DNA from: an uncultured Alphaproteobacteria bacterium
GTDB lineage: Bacteria; Pseudomonadota; Alphaproteobacteria; HIMB59; GCA-002718135
Assembly: GCA_902605135.1 (NCBI GenBank)
Contig: CACLBK010000004.1
Coordinates: 1-55,469 of the forward strand
Direction: 5' to 3'
Length of the DNA: 55,469 bases
Positions 21,953 through 31,146 of the stretch are shown here, piece by piece (within the stretch, counting starts at the first letter, position 1; each line of letters begins with the position of its first letter). The notes below the pieces were generated by a model that was not told where the DNA came from, ran no database searches, and saw nothing but the letters and a program-made list of their open reading frames with translations. Both the position numbers and the translations under genes were made by a program.

Positions 21953-22555
21953 TTAACTTGATTGGAGCTTTAATTTTTTTGCTTTATTTAAAATAGCGTT
22001 TTCAATTTTTACATTATCTTCTTGTAAAACTATTTTATTTACCCAAATAGGGTCTTTAAATTCTTGACAAAAAGAAGTTACTTTAAGATTTTCTGTATTA
22101 AGCCTATTTCCAGAAATAAAAATATTAAGCTTACATCTTTCATTTGGGTTAATAGATGTTGAATACCAATCAGTAATGATGGTTCCACCAATTTGGTCTG
22201 CGGAGTTTAAGGGCATAAAACTAATAGTTTCTAATGCTCCCTTCCAAAGATAAGGATTAACAGACATAGCAATTTGTTTTGCAGTATTATTATTTTCCTG
22301 ACTATTTAAAATACCACTAAATGAAATACCTCCTTTACCAAGTAAGCCCCCACCTGATTGAAGTCTATTTTCTGCATCCCTCATTGCAAGTTCCATATCT
22401 GTTGCAGAGTTAAATTTAGTGCCTGATCTTTCTAAAATTTCATTTCTTGTTTGTGCTTTTGACCATAGTTTATCCATTTCTTCCTCACTTTTATTGTTGT
22501 TGCAGGACAATAAAAAAAATAAAAAAAAGAAAAGGAATAGTCTTATTATAATCAT
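21953..22555 (-). CDS. DUF3576-like lipoprotein
   Basis: Lipobox LLSC from the ATG at 22555; [20 protein letters not shown] and ILNKA motifs; upstream of leuS. Confidence 0.75.
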   Translation of the reverse strand: MIIIRLFLFFFLFFLLSCNNNKSEEEMDKLWSKAQTRNEILERSGTKFNSATDMELAMRDAENRLQSGGGLLGKGGISFSGILNSQENNNTAKQIAMSVNPYLWKGALETISFMPLNSADQIGGTIITDWYSTSINPNERCKLNIFISGNRLNTENLKVTSFCQEFKDPIWVNKIVLQEDNVKIENAILNKAKKLKLQSS

Positions 22556-22595
22556 TAAATTGTAATTATTGTATTGAGAGGTAAATGTAAAACAT

Positions 22596-22627
22596 AAAAA
22601 AAACGGCACTCGTTAAAGTGCCGTTTT
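22596..22627 (-). terminator. Rho-independent terminator of the porin gene
   Basis: Stem AAAACGGCACT / AGTGCCGTTTT with a 6-nt loop and a U-tract on the minus strand, about 20 nt past the porin stop. Confidence 0.85.
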
Positions 22628-22647
22628 CAAAGATATTAAATCTTTAA

Positions 22648-23694
22648 TTAAAATGACATATTAGCACCGATGTACCACGCAGATCCATCATCAGTTGAAG
22701 AACCTTCATCACTTGCTTCTAAAGAAGTATAACCAAGAATTGCAGTTACACCAGAAGCTACAGCGTATGAAACACTAGCAGAAGTAACATCTTTTGCATC
22801 GCCAGATCCACCAGATGAACCAAGTGTGTTATCTGTTGACTCAGCTGCAGAAATACCAACATTAAACGTTAAGTCGCCTGTTACATACTTCACACCAACT
22901 TTTGTAACATCACCTGTCATTTCGTTAGCAGAAGTTAAGCCTACACCAACTTTATCACCGTCAGCATAACCAACAGCAACTGTTAAATCACCAGTTACAG
23001 CACTTAAACCTACATGATAACCATTAGTATCGTTAGTAGCAGCGTTACCAGTAGTTTTTGATCCATCTACATTTGAAATACCACCACCAAGTGTTACAGC
23101 AGTATCACCTAGATCAGTTACATAAGTTGCACCAATTGCTACGTGACTATCTACTCTGTAAGTAGCAGTTGCAGCAGCTCCACTATCAGTTGAAAGTGAA
23201 ACAGATGCTTTTAAACCATCTGCTAAGAAATCAGCAGCAGTATGATACTCAACACCTAGTACGGTTGAACCAGTAGCAAAATCTAATCCAGTTTCTGCTG
23301 AGTTAGTTGATGTAGTAGCTACACCTTCCGCACCAGCTGAACCTGGGATAGATACTGCATGAGATCCAGAAGCGTTTCCAGCGTTAATTACATCAAGCTT
23401 TGAGCCATCAGTAAATGCTAAAGTAAATCCAGCATCTAAATCACCAGCAGAACCATTTTCATCCATAAGCTTAAAGCTTGATGAGATAGTCATTCCACCG
23501 TCAGTAGTTTCTGATAATGATACACTAAAGTTATTATCATTAATTTGAGCGTTAGTGTCTGTTCCACCTGTAGGTGAATCAAACTCAATACCTGTTTGAT
23601 GGTTACCGCTCATAGTAGCTGTTACAGCTTCAGCAACTGAAGCAGCGCCTAGCGTAGAAACAAGAGCAGTTCCCATTAATAGTTCTTTTTTCAT
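22648..23694 (-). CDS. Major outer-membrane porin
   Basis: Signal peptide ending AEA, Gly/Thr/Ser-rich beta strands, C-terminal Phe (YIGANMSF), strong AAGGAG ribosome-binding site, biased codon use. Confidence 0.88.
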   Translation of the reverse strand: MKKELLMGTALVSTLGAASVAEAVTATMSGNHQTGIEFDSPTGGTDTNAQINDNNFSVSLSETTDGGMTISSSFKLMDENGSAGDLDAGFTLAFTDGSKLDVINAGNASGSHAVSIPGSAGAEGVATTSTNSAETGLDFATGSTVLGVEYHTAADFLADGLKASVSLSTDSGAAATATYRVDSHVAIGATYVTDLGDTAVTLGGGISNVDGSKTTGNAATNDTNGYHVGLSAVTGDLTVAVGYADGDKVGVGLTSANEMTGDVTKVGVKYVTGDLTFNVGISAAESTDNTLGSSGGSGDAKDVTSASVSYAVASGVTAILGYTSLEASDEGSSTDDGSAWYIGANMSF

Positions 23695-23822
23695 AATTAC
23701 TCCTTTTGAGTTAATGAATATTCATTAAATACAAGCAACTAACTTGTATTAAATGGTTTATTATTTAAAAATTGAATAAATTACAAAAAAAGCATAGTAA
23801 TTCATTATATTTTTTTAAAGGA

Positions 23823-23840
23823 TGTTGTTTTTTTACAACA
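23823..23840. promoter_or_regulatory. Palindromic site TGTTGT-N6-ACAACA between porin and yggS
   Basis: Perfect inverted repeat, extending to ATGTTGT/ACAACAT, in the divergent promoter region. Confidence 0.5.
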
Positions 23841-23849
23841 TAATTTTAT

Positions 23850-24488
23850 ATGTTCAATATTAAAAAATACCAAGAAATCAATGATTTTTTAAAAAAAACC
23901 AACCTTTCTACCAAAATTGTTGCAATATCTAAAAACCATCCACTCGATAGTGTTTTAGAAGCTGTAGACTGTGGAATTCATATTTTTGGTGAAAACAGGG
24001 TCCAAGAAGCTCAAGAAAAATTTCAAATTCTCAAAAAAAACAACCCTAGAATTGAACTACATTTAACAGGACCACTTCAGTCAAACAAAGTCAAAACAGC
24101 GGCCCATTTATTTGACGTTTTTCACACTTTAGATAGAGAAAAAATAGCAAAGGAACTCTCAAAATACAAAAATTTGTTAAAAAATAAAAAAATTTTTCTT
24201 CAAATTAATACTGGTAAAGAAAAAACAAAAAGTGGAATTTATCCAGAGGATACCAAAGATTTCTTATTTTTTCTAAAAAATGAAATGAAATTATCTATAT
24301 TTGGACTTATGTGCATACCACCAATAGAAGAAGATCCCATGTATCATTTTAATAAATTAAAGATTTTAGCAAATGAAAATAAAATTGACAAATTAAGCAT
24401 TGGTATGAGCGATGATTATGAGAAGGCATTACAATTTAACCCAACATATATTAGATTGGGAACAATATTGTTTGGAAAAAGAAAATGA
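23850..24488 (+). CDS. yggS: PLP homeostasis protein
   Basis: VAISK, FGENRVQE, GPLQSNK, GLMCIPP and LSIGMSDDY motifs. Confidence 0.95.
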   Translation: MFNIKKYQEINDFLKKTNLSTKIVAISKNHPLDSVLEAVDCGIHIFGENRVQEAQEKFQILKKNNPRIELHLTGPLQSNKVKTAAHLFDVFHTLDREKIAKELSKYKNLLKNKKIFLQINTGKEKTKSGIYPEDTKDFLFFLKNEMKLSIFGLMCIPPIEEDPMYHFNKLKILANENKIDKLSIGMSDDYEKALQFNPTYIRLGTILFGKRK

Positions 24489-25087
24489 AAACTAGAGTAA
24501 ATGTATTTTCTAACGGGTATTTAAATAATTTATTAAGTATAGTTCTGTCTCAATACAAATTAAAACTTATGGATTTTTCTTCTATTGATTATGATAAAAA
24601 CACTACATTAATAAATATAATCATTTTAAATAACAATAGAGAGGTTGATTTAATTAATTTTGATAAACTGAGCGATAATTATTTAATAATGTCAAATTTA
24701 AAAATATTTAATTTTAAAACCAAAAATAATATTAAATTATTAAAAACACCAATTTCTTTAAATCAAATTAAAAATTCAATCGAAAACTTTTTACAAAATT
24801 TAAAAATTCAATTTCATGATATATCAATTTACAATGAAAGATTAACAAATTTGAACAACAATTCTTTTGTTTACCTTACTAAAGTAGAGTTAGAAATCTT
24901 AACTTACTTAATAAGAGAAAAAGTTTCTAGTAAAGATTTTATAAAAGAAAATATTTTGAACATTAAATCGAACATCGAAACCAATTCTCTCGAAAGCCAC
25001 CTGTCAAGAATAAGAAAAAAAATGAATACAGTTAACACAAATGTAAAAATTCATACAAAAAGTGAAAAACTTCTGATCACGGTCTAA
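24485..25087 (+). CDS. OmpR-type winged-helix protein with degenerate receiver region
   Basis: C-terminal LTKVELEILTYL...ETNSLESHLSRIRKK; N-terminus lacks recognisable receiver motifs. Confidence 0.7.
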   Translation: MKTRVNVFSNGYLNNLLSIVLSQYKLKLMDFSSIDYDKNTTLINIIILNNNREVDLINFDKLSDNYLIMSNLKIFNFKTKNNIKLLKTPISLNQIKNSIENFLQNLKIQFHDISIYNERLTNLNNNSFVYLTKVELEILTYLIREKVSSKDFIKENILNIKSNIETNSLESHLSRIRKKMNTVNTNVKIHTKSEKLLITV

Positions 25088-25680
25088 TTTAGAAGTTTAG
25101 GATTTATTAATTTAAAAAAATTTTTATCAAATTCTTGATAATAATTATGATTATAAATAGATAATTTTAAAGTCTCATTATTTATAGTTACTTCTATACT
25201 CCTTAATACCAAGGGCTTTTCCTCAAAATATACCTTGATTAGAAAGTTTTTTTCTTCGTTATCAGTACCCTCTTTTTCAAGCATAATCTCTTTGTTGCTT
25301 ACTTGCATAATGCTATTTTCAAAAAAAAGGGGATTTCTAAAAATATCATAAAAAAACCATGCGTTTGTATTTTTTGGATTAAAAAATTCATCCTCTTCAA
25401 GTTCGTAGTTATAATACATTGCTTTATTTTCATCTAAAATTATTAAAATTTTTGTTGGTGACGAATATTCAGCTCTAACTCTTTTATTACCAATAAAAAC
25501 CTTTCCTTCGCTTATATTTTTTCCATCATTTTGTAAAAAAGAGGCAGAAAAATTTGTTAGCGACCCTAAATAGTTAAAAATTTCTGTTTTATCATTACTT
25601 TTTGAAAAAGCATTAGATGAAAGTAAAAAAAAAATAATTATAAAAAAATTACAAGTATTCTTTTCATTTTTTAAGAACAT
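25084..25680 (-). CDS. lolA: Outer-membrane lipoprotein carrier LolA-like protein
   Basis: Signal peptide, ASFLQ, G..FI and RAEY motifs; immediately downstream of ftsK; start ambiguous (see findings). Confidence 0.7.
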   Translation of the reverse strand: MFLKNEKNTCNFFIIIFFLLSSNAFSKSNDKTEIFNYLGSLTNFSASFLQNDGKNISEGKVFIGNKRVRAEYSSPTKILIILDENKAMYYNYELEEDEFFNPKNTNAWFFYDIFRNPLFFENSIMQVSNKEIMLEKEGTDNEEKNFLIKVYFEEKPLVLRSIEVTINNETLKLSIYNHNYYQEFDKNFFKLINPKLLN

Positions 25681-27898
25681 GTCTTTTACCTGCATTATTT
25701 GCTTCGCTTATTACCCCATCTTCTTCCATCTTTTCAACCATACGAGCAGCCCTATTGTAACCAATTTGTAAATATCTTTGAATATAACTTGTCGAAACTT
25801 TTTGTTGTTTAATAACAATATCAACTGCCTTACCATAAAGATCATCATTATTATTTGAAATTAAATCGTCTGAATTTGAATTGCCTAGTTCTTCTTCTGA
25901 TAGTGATATTTCTTTTTTATAATCAAACGTAGCCTGTTGCTTTATATAATTAACAACCTTTTCAACTTCATTTTCTGACACAAAACCACCATGCAACCTC
26001 TTAATTATACTGCCATTTTCTAAAAACAACATGTCACCACTGCCCAATAATTGTTCTGCACCCATTTCGTTAAGTATTGTCCTGCTATCAAATTTACTTG
26101 ATACTTTATAACTAATACGACTAGGAAAATTTGCTTTTATCGTTCCAGTAATTACGTCAACACTAGGTCTTTGCGTTGCTGTAATTAAGTGTATCCCAGA
26201 TGCTCTTGCCATTTGTGCTAATCGCTGAACTAATGACTCAACTTCTTTCCCAGCTACCATCATCAAATCTGCCATTTCATCAATTACAACAACAATAAAA
26301 GGCATCTTTTCAAGAATAATTTCTTGTTTCTCAATAATAGGCATTCTAGAATCATCATCTATACCGGTTTGAACCTCCCTAAACAGTTTTCTTCCAGACG
26401 AAATAGTTCTTAAAACTTTATCATTATAAGAATCTATATTTTTTACATTTAAAGAGCTCATTAACTTATATCTATTTTCCATTTCTCTAACAACCCACTT
26501 AAGAGCAAATACAGCTTTCTTTGCATCAGTAACTACAGGCGTTAAAAGATGTGGAATATCTTCATAAATACTCAATTCTAACATTTTAGGATCAATTAAT
26601 ATCAGTTTGCATTCATTAGGTTTAAATTTGTAAAGTATGCTTAATATCATTGTGTTAATACCCACAGATTTTCCCGAACCAGTTGTTCCTGCGATTAGTA
26701 AATGGGGCATTCGCTCTAAATTTGCAAAAACACTTTTTCCAGATATATCTTTTCCTAATGCAAGAACAAGGGAATCATTTTCAATTTCAAATTCGTCTTC
26801 TTCAATTAAATCACCAAATAAAACACCATCTCTTTTAGCATTTGGTATTTCGATACCTAAACTTGTTTTGCCAGGTTGAGTTGAAATTCTAGCAGAAATA
26901 GAAGACATTGCTCTTGCAATATCATCAGACAAACCTATTACTTTACTAGATTTTATTCCTGCATTTGGAATAAATTCAAACAAAGTTACAATTGGACCAC
27001 TACTGAAACCAACTATTTTTCCTTCAACACCATATTCAGACAGTGTTTTTTCTAACTTAATAGCAGCATCAGTGTTTATTTTTTCCAATTCTCTGTTTTT
27101 ATTATTTTTTAAATTTGATTTCGAAAGTAGATTTTTAGATGGAAGGCTAAAGCTAAAATTATCTAGCTCTAGTTGTTTATTAGCTTTAGGATTATTATTA
27201 TTTTTTTTGCTTAGATTAACATAATTTCTTTTTTTAATTGTTGGCTCACTCCTAAATGTTTTTTTTGTAATTTTTTTTCTAAAATTTATATATTTAAATA
27301 AACCAAATACAGAAAGTAAAAATTTAAAATATTTAAAAAATTTTAAAAAAGAAAACATTTTTTTTATCCAAGAAAAATTTATTCTAAAAGATAAAAATAT
27401 TAAAACTACACCAAATACTAAAAGTAAGAAATTTATAATAAAATAAATGAAAATATTTTCTAGAATATTTAAATTTATATTTGTAAATAAATCAACTAGG
27501 AACTGTGAAACTAAACCTGTTTTTAAAAAGGCTATATCAACTGATTTTATAGAAACATTAATAAGAATTATTCCTGTCAGGTTGGATAAAAATTTCAAAA
27601 TTATAAACTTGCTAGTAATACCTAAAAACAATTTTCCACCTTCTAGTATTATAAAAAACACCAATAAATAACTTAGTGTTCCAATAAAAATTAATGAATA
27701 ACTTGATAGATAAGCACCAAAAAAACCCATAAGATTTTCAATATTACTGTCATTAATATTGTAATTTAATTGATTAAAACCTGGATCATTTGCAGAGTAT
27801 GAGTAAAGACTGGTAAAATAAATTAGGCCAAATCCAAATAAAATTATTCCTACTAAAAATTTAACCACAAAATTTCTAATTGAACCATACTTGAACAT
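25664..27898 (-). CDS. ftsK: DNA translocase FtsK
   Basis: N-terminal TM segments, PHLLIAGTTGSGKS, IDPKMLEL, ATQRPS and gamma-domain IGYNRAAR motifs. Confidence 0.97.
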   Translation of the reverse strand: MFKYGSIRNFVVKFLVGIILFGFGLIYFTSLYSYSANDPGFNQLNYNINDSNIENLMGFFGAYLSSYSLIFIGTLSYLLVFFIILEGGKLFLGITSKFIILKFLSNLTGIILINVSIKSVDIAFLKTGLVSQFLVDLFTNINLNILENIFIYFIINFLLLVFGVVLIFLSFRINFSWIKKMFSFLKFFKYFKFLLSVFGLFKYINFRKKITKKTFRSEPTIKKRNYVNLSKKNNNNPKANKQLELDNFSFSLPSKNLLSKSNLKNNKNRELEKINTDAAIKLEKTLSEYGVEGKIVGFSSGPIVTLFEFIPNAGIKSSKVIGLSDDIARAMSSISARISTQPGKTSLGIEIPNAKRDGVLFGDLIEEDEFEIENDSLVLALGKDISGKSVFANLERMPHLLIAGTTGSGKSVGINTMILSILYKFKPNECKLILIDPKMLELSIYEDIPHLLTPVVTDAKKAVFALKWVVREMENRYKLMSSLNVKNIDSYNDKVLRTISSGRKLFREVQTGIDDDSRMPIIEKQEIILEKMPFIVVVIDEMADLMMVAGKEVESLVQRLAQMARASGIHLITATQRPSVDVITGTIKANFPSRISYKVSSKFDSRTILNEMGAEQLLGSGDMLFLENGSIIKRLHGGFVSENEVEKVVNYIKQQATFDYKKEISLSEEELGNSNSDDLISNNNDDLYGKAVDIVIKQQKVSTSYIQRYLQIGYNRAARMVEKMEEDGVISEANNAGKRHVLKK

Positions 27899-27945
27899 AT
27901 AGTTAGATTGTAATACATTTAGATTATGGTAATTCGAAGAAAATT

Positions 27946-29127
27946 ATGAAAGAAATTCAATCAAACATCAATATAATAGGAGGAGGTCTGATAGGAGCTG
28001 TTACAGCATATTCACTTTCTAAACTTGGCAATAAAATAGTAGTTTTAGAGAAAAATGCTAAATTTAATCATAAAAATATTTTAGATAAAAGAACAACAGC
28101 AATTTCAGAGGGGACAAAAAAATTTCTTGAAGAAATAAATATTTGGAATGATATTGGTAATTACGCAGAACCAATAAAGAATATTCAGATAATAGACAGA
28201 AATCAATCAAACAAACTATATTTTGACAACCAAAGAAGAAAATCCAATCTTGGATATATTGTTAAAAACGAGTTTATACTTGATTGCCTTTATAAAAAAC
28301 TACATAAACAAAAAAATGTGGAAATTTTCAACAACGTGTCTCTTAAAGATATTTTTTATGAAGGCGACAGGATTATAACTAAGCAAAACAATTTCTATGT
28401 TAATACAAATATTTTATTTGCTTCTGATGGGAAAAACAGCGATATAAGGAAAATTTTTAAAACACCAATTTTCACAAAAGATTATAAAAAAAAAGCAATT
28501 GTAATTAATTTTTACCACACAGAAAAACATAACAACACTGCGTATGAGTTTTTCTTCAAAAATGGACCTCTTGCAATCTTACCAATGCAAAAATATAAAA
28601 ATCAATTTCAAAGCTCCATAGTTTGGACAAATACTACTGAGTTTATAGATTCATTATTTTCCTTAGATGATAATAATATAATTTCCATTTTGAATAAAAA
28701 GACACAAGGATGTGTAGGTGAAGTAAATAAAATAATTACTAAACAAACTTTTCCTTTAAAAGCTCATTTAAACTCTAAATTTTTTGAGAATAGAATTATT
28801 TATTTAGGTGATTCAGCCCACTCATTTCATCCGATTGCAGGACAAGGATGGAACCTAGGCATGCAAGATGTAGAAAGTGTTTATAATCTTGTTAAAAAAT
28901 ATAATTCTTTAGGTTTAGAATTGGGAGACGAAATATTTTGTAAAGAATTTCAAAAAGATAATTTTTTCAAAGCTTATAGGCTGTATCAAATCACTGATAA
29001 AGTTGATAGCGTTTTTAAATTAGACAATGCAATTTTTAATCATATAAGATTTTCAGTTATCAATCTATTAGAGAAAAGTAAAAAATTAAAAAATCAGATA
29101 AGTGATTTTGCTATGGGTGTTAATTGA
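27946..29127 (+). CDS. UbiH/UbiL-type FAD-dependent hydroxylase
   Basis: IIGGGLIG, SDGKNS, GPLAILP and GDSAHSFHPIAGQG motifs. Confidence 0.85.
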   Translation: MKEIQSNINIIGGGLIGAVTAYSLSKLGNKIVVLEKNAKFNHKNILDKRTTAISEGTKKFLEEINIWNDIGNYAEPIKNIQIIDRNQSNKLYFDNQRRKSNLGYIVKNEFILDCLYKKLHKQKNVEIFNNVSLKDIFYEGDRIITKQNNFYVNTNILFASDGKNSDIRKIFKTPIFTKDYKKKAIVINFYHTEKHNNTAYEFFFKNGPLAILPMQKYKNQFQSSIVWTNTTEFIDSLFSLDDNNIISILNKKTQGCVGEVNKIITKQTFPLKAHLNSKFFENRIIYLGDSAHSFHPIAGQGWNLGMQDVESVYNLVKKYNSLGLELGDEIFCKEFQKDNFFKAYRLYQITDKVDSVFKLDNAIFNHIRFSVINLLEKSKKLKNQISDFAMGVN

Positions 29128-29713
29128 TAGCTTTGCTATTATTATCTTCAACAATTTCAAGCTCTAAAATTGAATGAAGTTTTTTATAAAAATCACTTAA
29201 ATTTTTTGTTTCTAAAAGAACCTGTTTTTCAATATCACTAAAAGGGGATATCATTGCTATAAACTTTATAATTTGATTAAAATCTATATTTTGAATTTCT
29301 TCTAAGTTTAAGTTAATTTTTTTGACTTTTATATATTGGCCATACTTATCTAAAAGATTACTTTTTTGTTTTTCATTTATAATGTTTTTATCTTCTTGAA
29401 AATCTAACATTTCAGCTTCAACCAGCCTAAACTTATATTTTTTTTCTAACTCTTTCTTAACCTTAAAACAATTAGTACCCTGTAGACTAATTAAATATCG
29501 TCCATCTGTTGTTTCACTAAAACTATGAATTTTCCCAATACAACCAATATTGTAGAGCTTATTTTTTTCATCAGATTGTATCATGCCTATACACCTTTCT
29601 TTTGAAAGAGCGTAGTCAACCAACTCGATATATCTTTTTTCAAATATATTAAGAGGCAAGCTTGTTCCCGGAAAGAGGACGGCGCCGTTTAAAGGAAAAA
29701 TAGGGATTTCCAT
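29120..29713 (-). CDS. Lon protease N-terminal substrate-binding domain protein
   Basis: IPIFPL, LPLNIFEKRY, DGRY and EKQVLLE motifs. Confidence 0.9.
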   Translation of the reverse strand: MEIPIFPLNGAVLFPGTSLPLNIFEKRYIELVDYALSKERCIGMIQSDEKNKLYNIGCIGKIHSFSETTDGRYLISLQGTNCFKVKKELEKKYKFRLVEAEMLDFQEDKNIINEKQKSNLLDKYGQYIKVKKINLNLEEIQNIDFNQIIKFIAMISPFSDIEKQVLLETKNLSDFYKKLHSILELEIVEDNNSKAIN

Positions 29714-29714
29714 T

Positions 29715-30581
29715 TTATGAAAACATTAATTGTGAAAGCTTTTTCCTATATTGAATAGTAACTTGATCAGTATTTCCAAGTACAGCAAAAAATTCTACCA
29801 TCTTATTTTTTATATTATCTTTATTTTTTGGATAATATTTTAGAAGTAAATTCATTCCATTTTCATATTCTTTCATTGAAAAATATTTATCTGATATTTC
29901 TAAAACTAAATCGATATTATCTGGCTCACTCTCAAGTTTAACAAGCAACTCATTAATATTTGGTCCAGATGAATTATTTTTCACAATTTCCATTTTTTTT
30001 AAAACCTGTTTAACCTCATCCTTTTCTTGAACATCTTTTTCTAATGAGCTAACGAACACCTCAACTTCTTCAAATTGTTTAAGCTCGATCAAACACTCTA
30101 AATAAAAACAAATGCCTTTAATTTCATCTGAGTTTTTAGAAATAAATTCTAGAAGAGTGTCTTTAGTTTCTGTAAACTTATTTTCAGCCATAGCGTTTTC
30201 TATTTCATTATAAAATTCAGTGAAGTCTTCATTAATTTTAGACCCTAAGCATTTTTCAATAAATTCAATAATCTGACCTTCAGGAATAACACCCTGAAAT
30301 GCATTAACAATTTGTTTATCTTTGAATGCATAGACTGTAGGAATTGATTGAATTCTTAATTGTGCAGCAATTTGTTGATTTTCATCAATATTAATTTTTA
30401 CTAAGGTGATTTTATCTCCTGATTTTGATATTATTTTTTCTAAAATTGGTGTTAATTGTTTACAAGGACCACACCAAGGAGCCCAAAAATCAACAACAAT
30501 TAATTTACTTTCACTTGCTTCTATAACCTTAACATTAAACTCTGTTTCAGTAACATCGATTATATTCGGATTTTCACTCAT
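29715..30581 (-). CDS. cnoX: Thioredoxin-TPR chaperedoxin (YbbN/CnoX)
   Basis: DFWAPWCGPCK, QSIPTV, helical C-terminus ending RKKLSQLMFS. Confidence 0.85.
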   Translation of the reverse strand: MSENPNIIDVTETEFNVKVIEASESKLIVVDFWAPWCGPCKQLTPILEKIISKSGDKITLVKINIDENQQIAAQLRIQSIPTVYAFKDKQIVNAFQGVIPEGQIIEFIEKCLGSKINEDFTEFYNEIENAMAENKFTETKDTLLEFISKNSDEIKGICFYLECLIELKQFEEVEVFVSSLEKDVQEKDEVKQVLKKMEIVKNNSSGPNINELLVKLESEPDNIDLVLEISDKYFSMKEYENGMNLLLKYYPKNKDNIKNKMVEFFAVLGNTDQVTIQYRKKLSQLMFS

Positions 30582-31090
30582 AAAGATTTGACTATACTAT
30601 AACTATCTAGAGAAAAAATATGAATTTTTTTATTATTTTCAAGGAGGAAGTTTATAAACTCTAAAGTTTTTATACTTATAGTTGTGGTATTAATTAGCGG
30701 GTGGAAGTTAATTATTTCACTATTAAATAGTTTTTCATCTAAAAAAAATTCAACAACATTATCTTTGTCGTTAAGAAGGGCAAACGGGGATACTGATCCT
30801 GGTTTTATACCCAAAAATTGTTCTAAATATTCGGCATTAGCAAATGATAAATTCTTAGCATCGATAGATTTAGAAAATTGCTTTAAATCAACCTTTGCAT
30901 TTTCATCACAACTAAAGAGAAAAAAATTATTTTTTTTATTTTTTAAAAATAAGTTTTTTGTATGTGCCCCTTTAATTTCACCTCTTAGATTTTCAGAATC
31001 TTCAACAGTAAATAAAGGATCATGATCATGAATTTGAAAATCTTTATTTTTTACACTAAGTAATTCAAATAAATCTGTCTTTGTAAGCAT
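30578..31090 (-). CDS. ProX/YbaK prolyl-tRNA editing domain protein
   Basis: HTKNLFLK, LSFA, PGSVSPFAL and NFHPL motifs. Confidence 0.9.
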   Translation of the reverse strand: MLTKTDLFELLSVKNKDFQIHDHDPLFTVEDSENLRGEIKGAHTKNLFLKNKKNNFFLFSCDENAKVDLKQFSKSIDAKNLSFANAEYLEQFLGIKPGSVSPFALLNDKDNVVEFFLDEKLFNSEIINFHPLINTTTISIKTLEFINFLLENNKKIHIFSLDSYSIVKSL

Positions 31091-31146
31091 AAATAATATT
31101 ATATTTATTAAGAAATAAGGTATTTAAATACAATTACAAAATAATA

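Noticed and set aside
22556-22609. N-terminal extension of the 21953-22609 ORF
   Set aside because: It runs through the porin terminator; the ATG at 22555 gives a proper lipoprotein signal.
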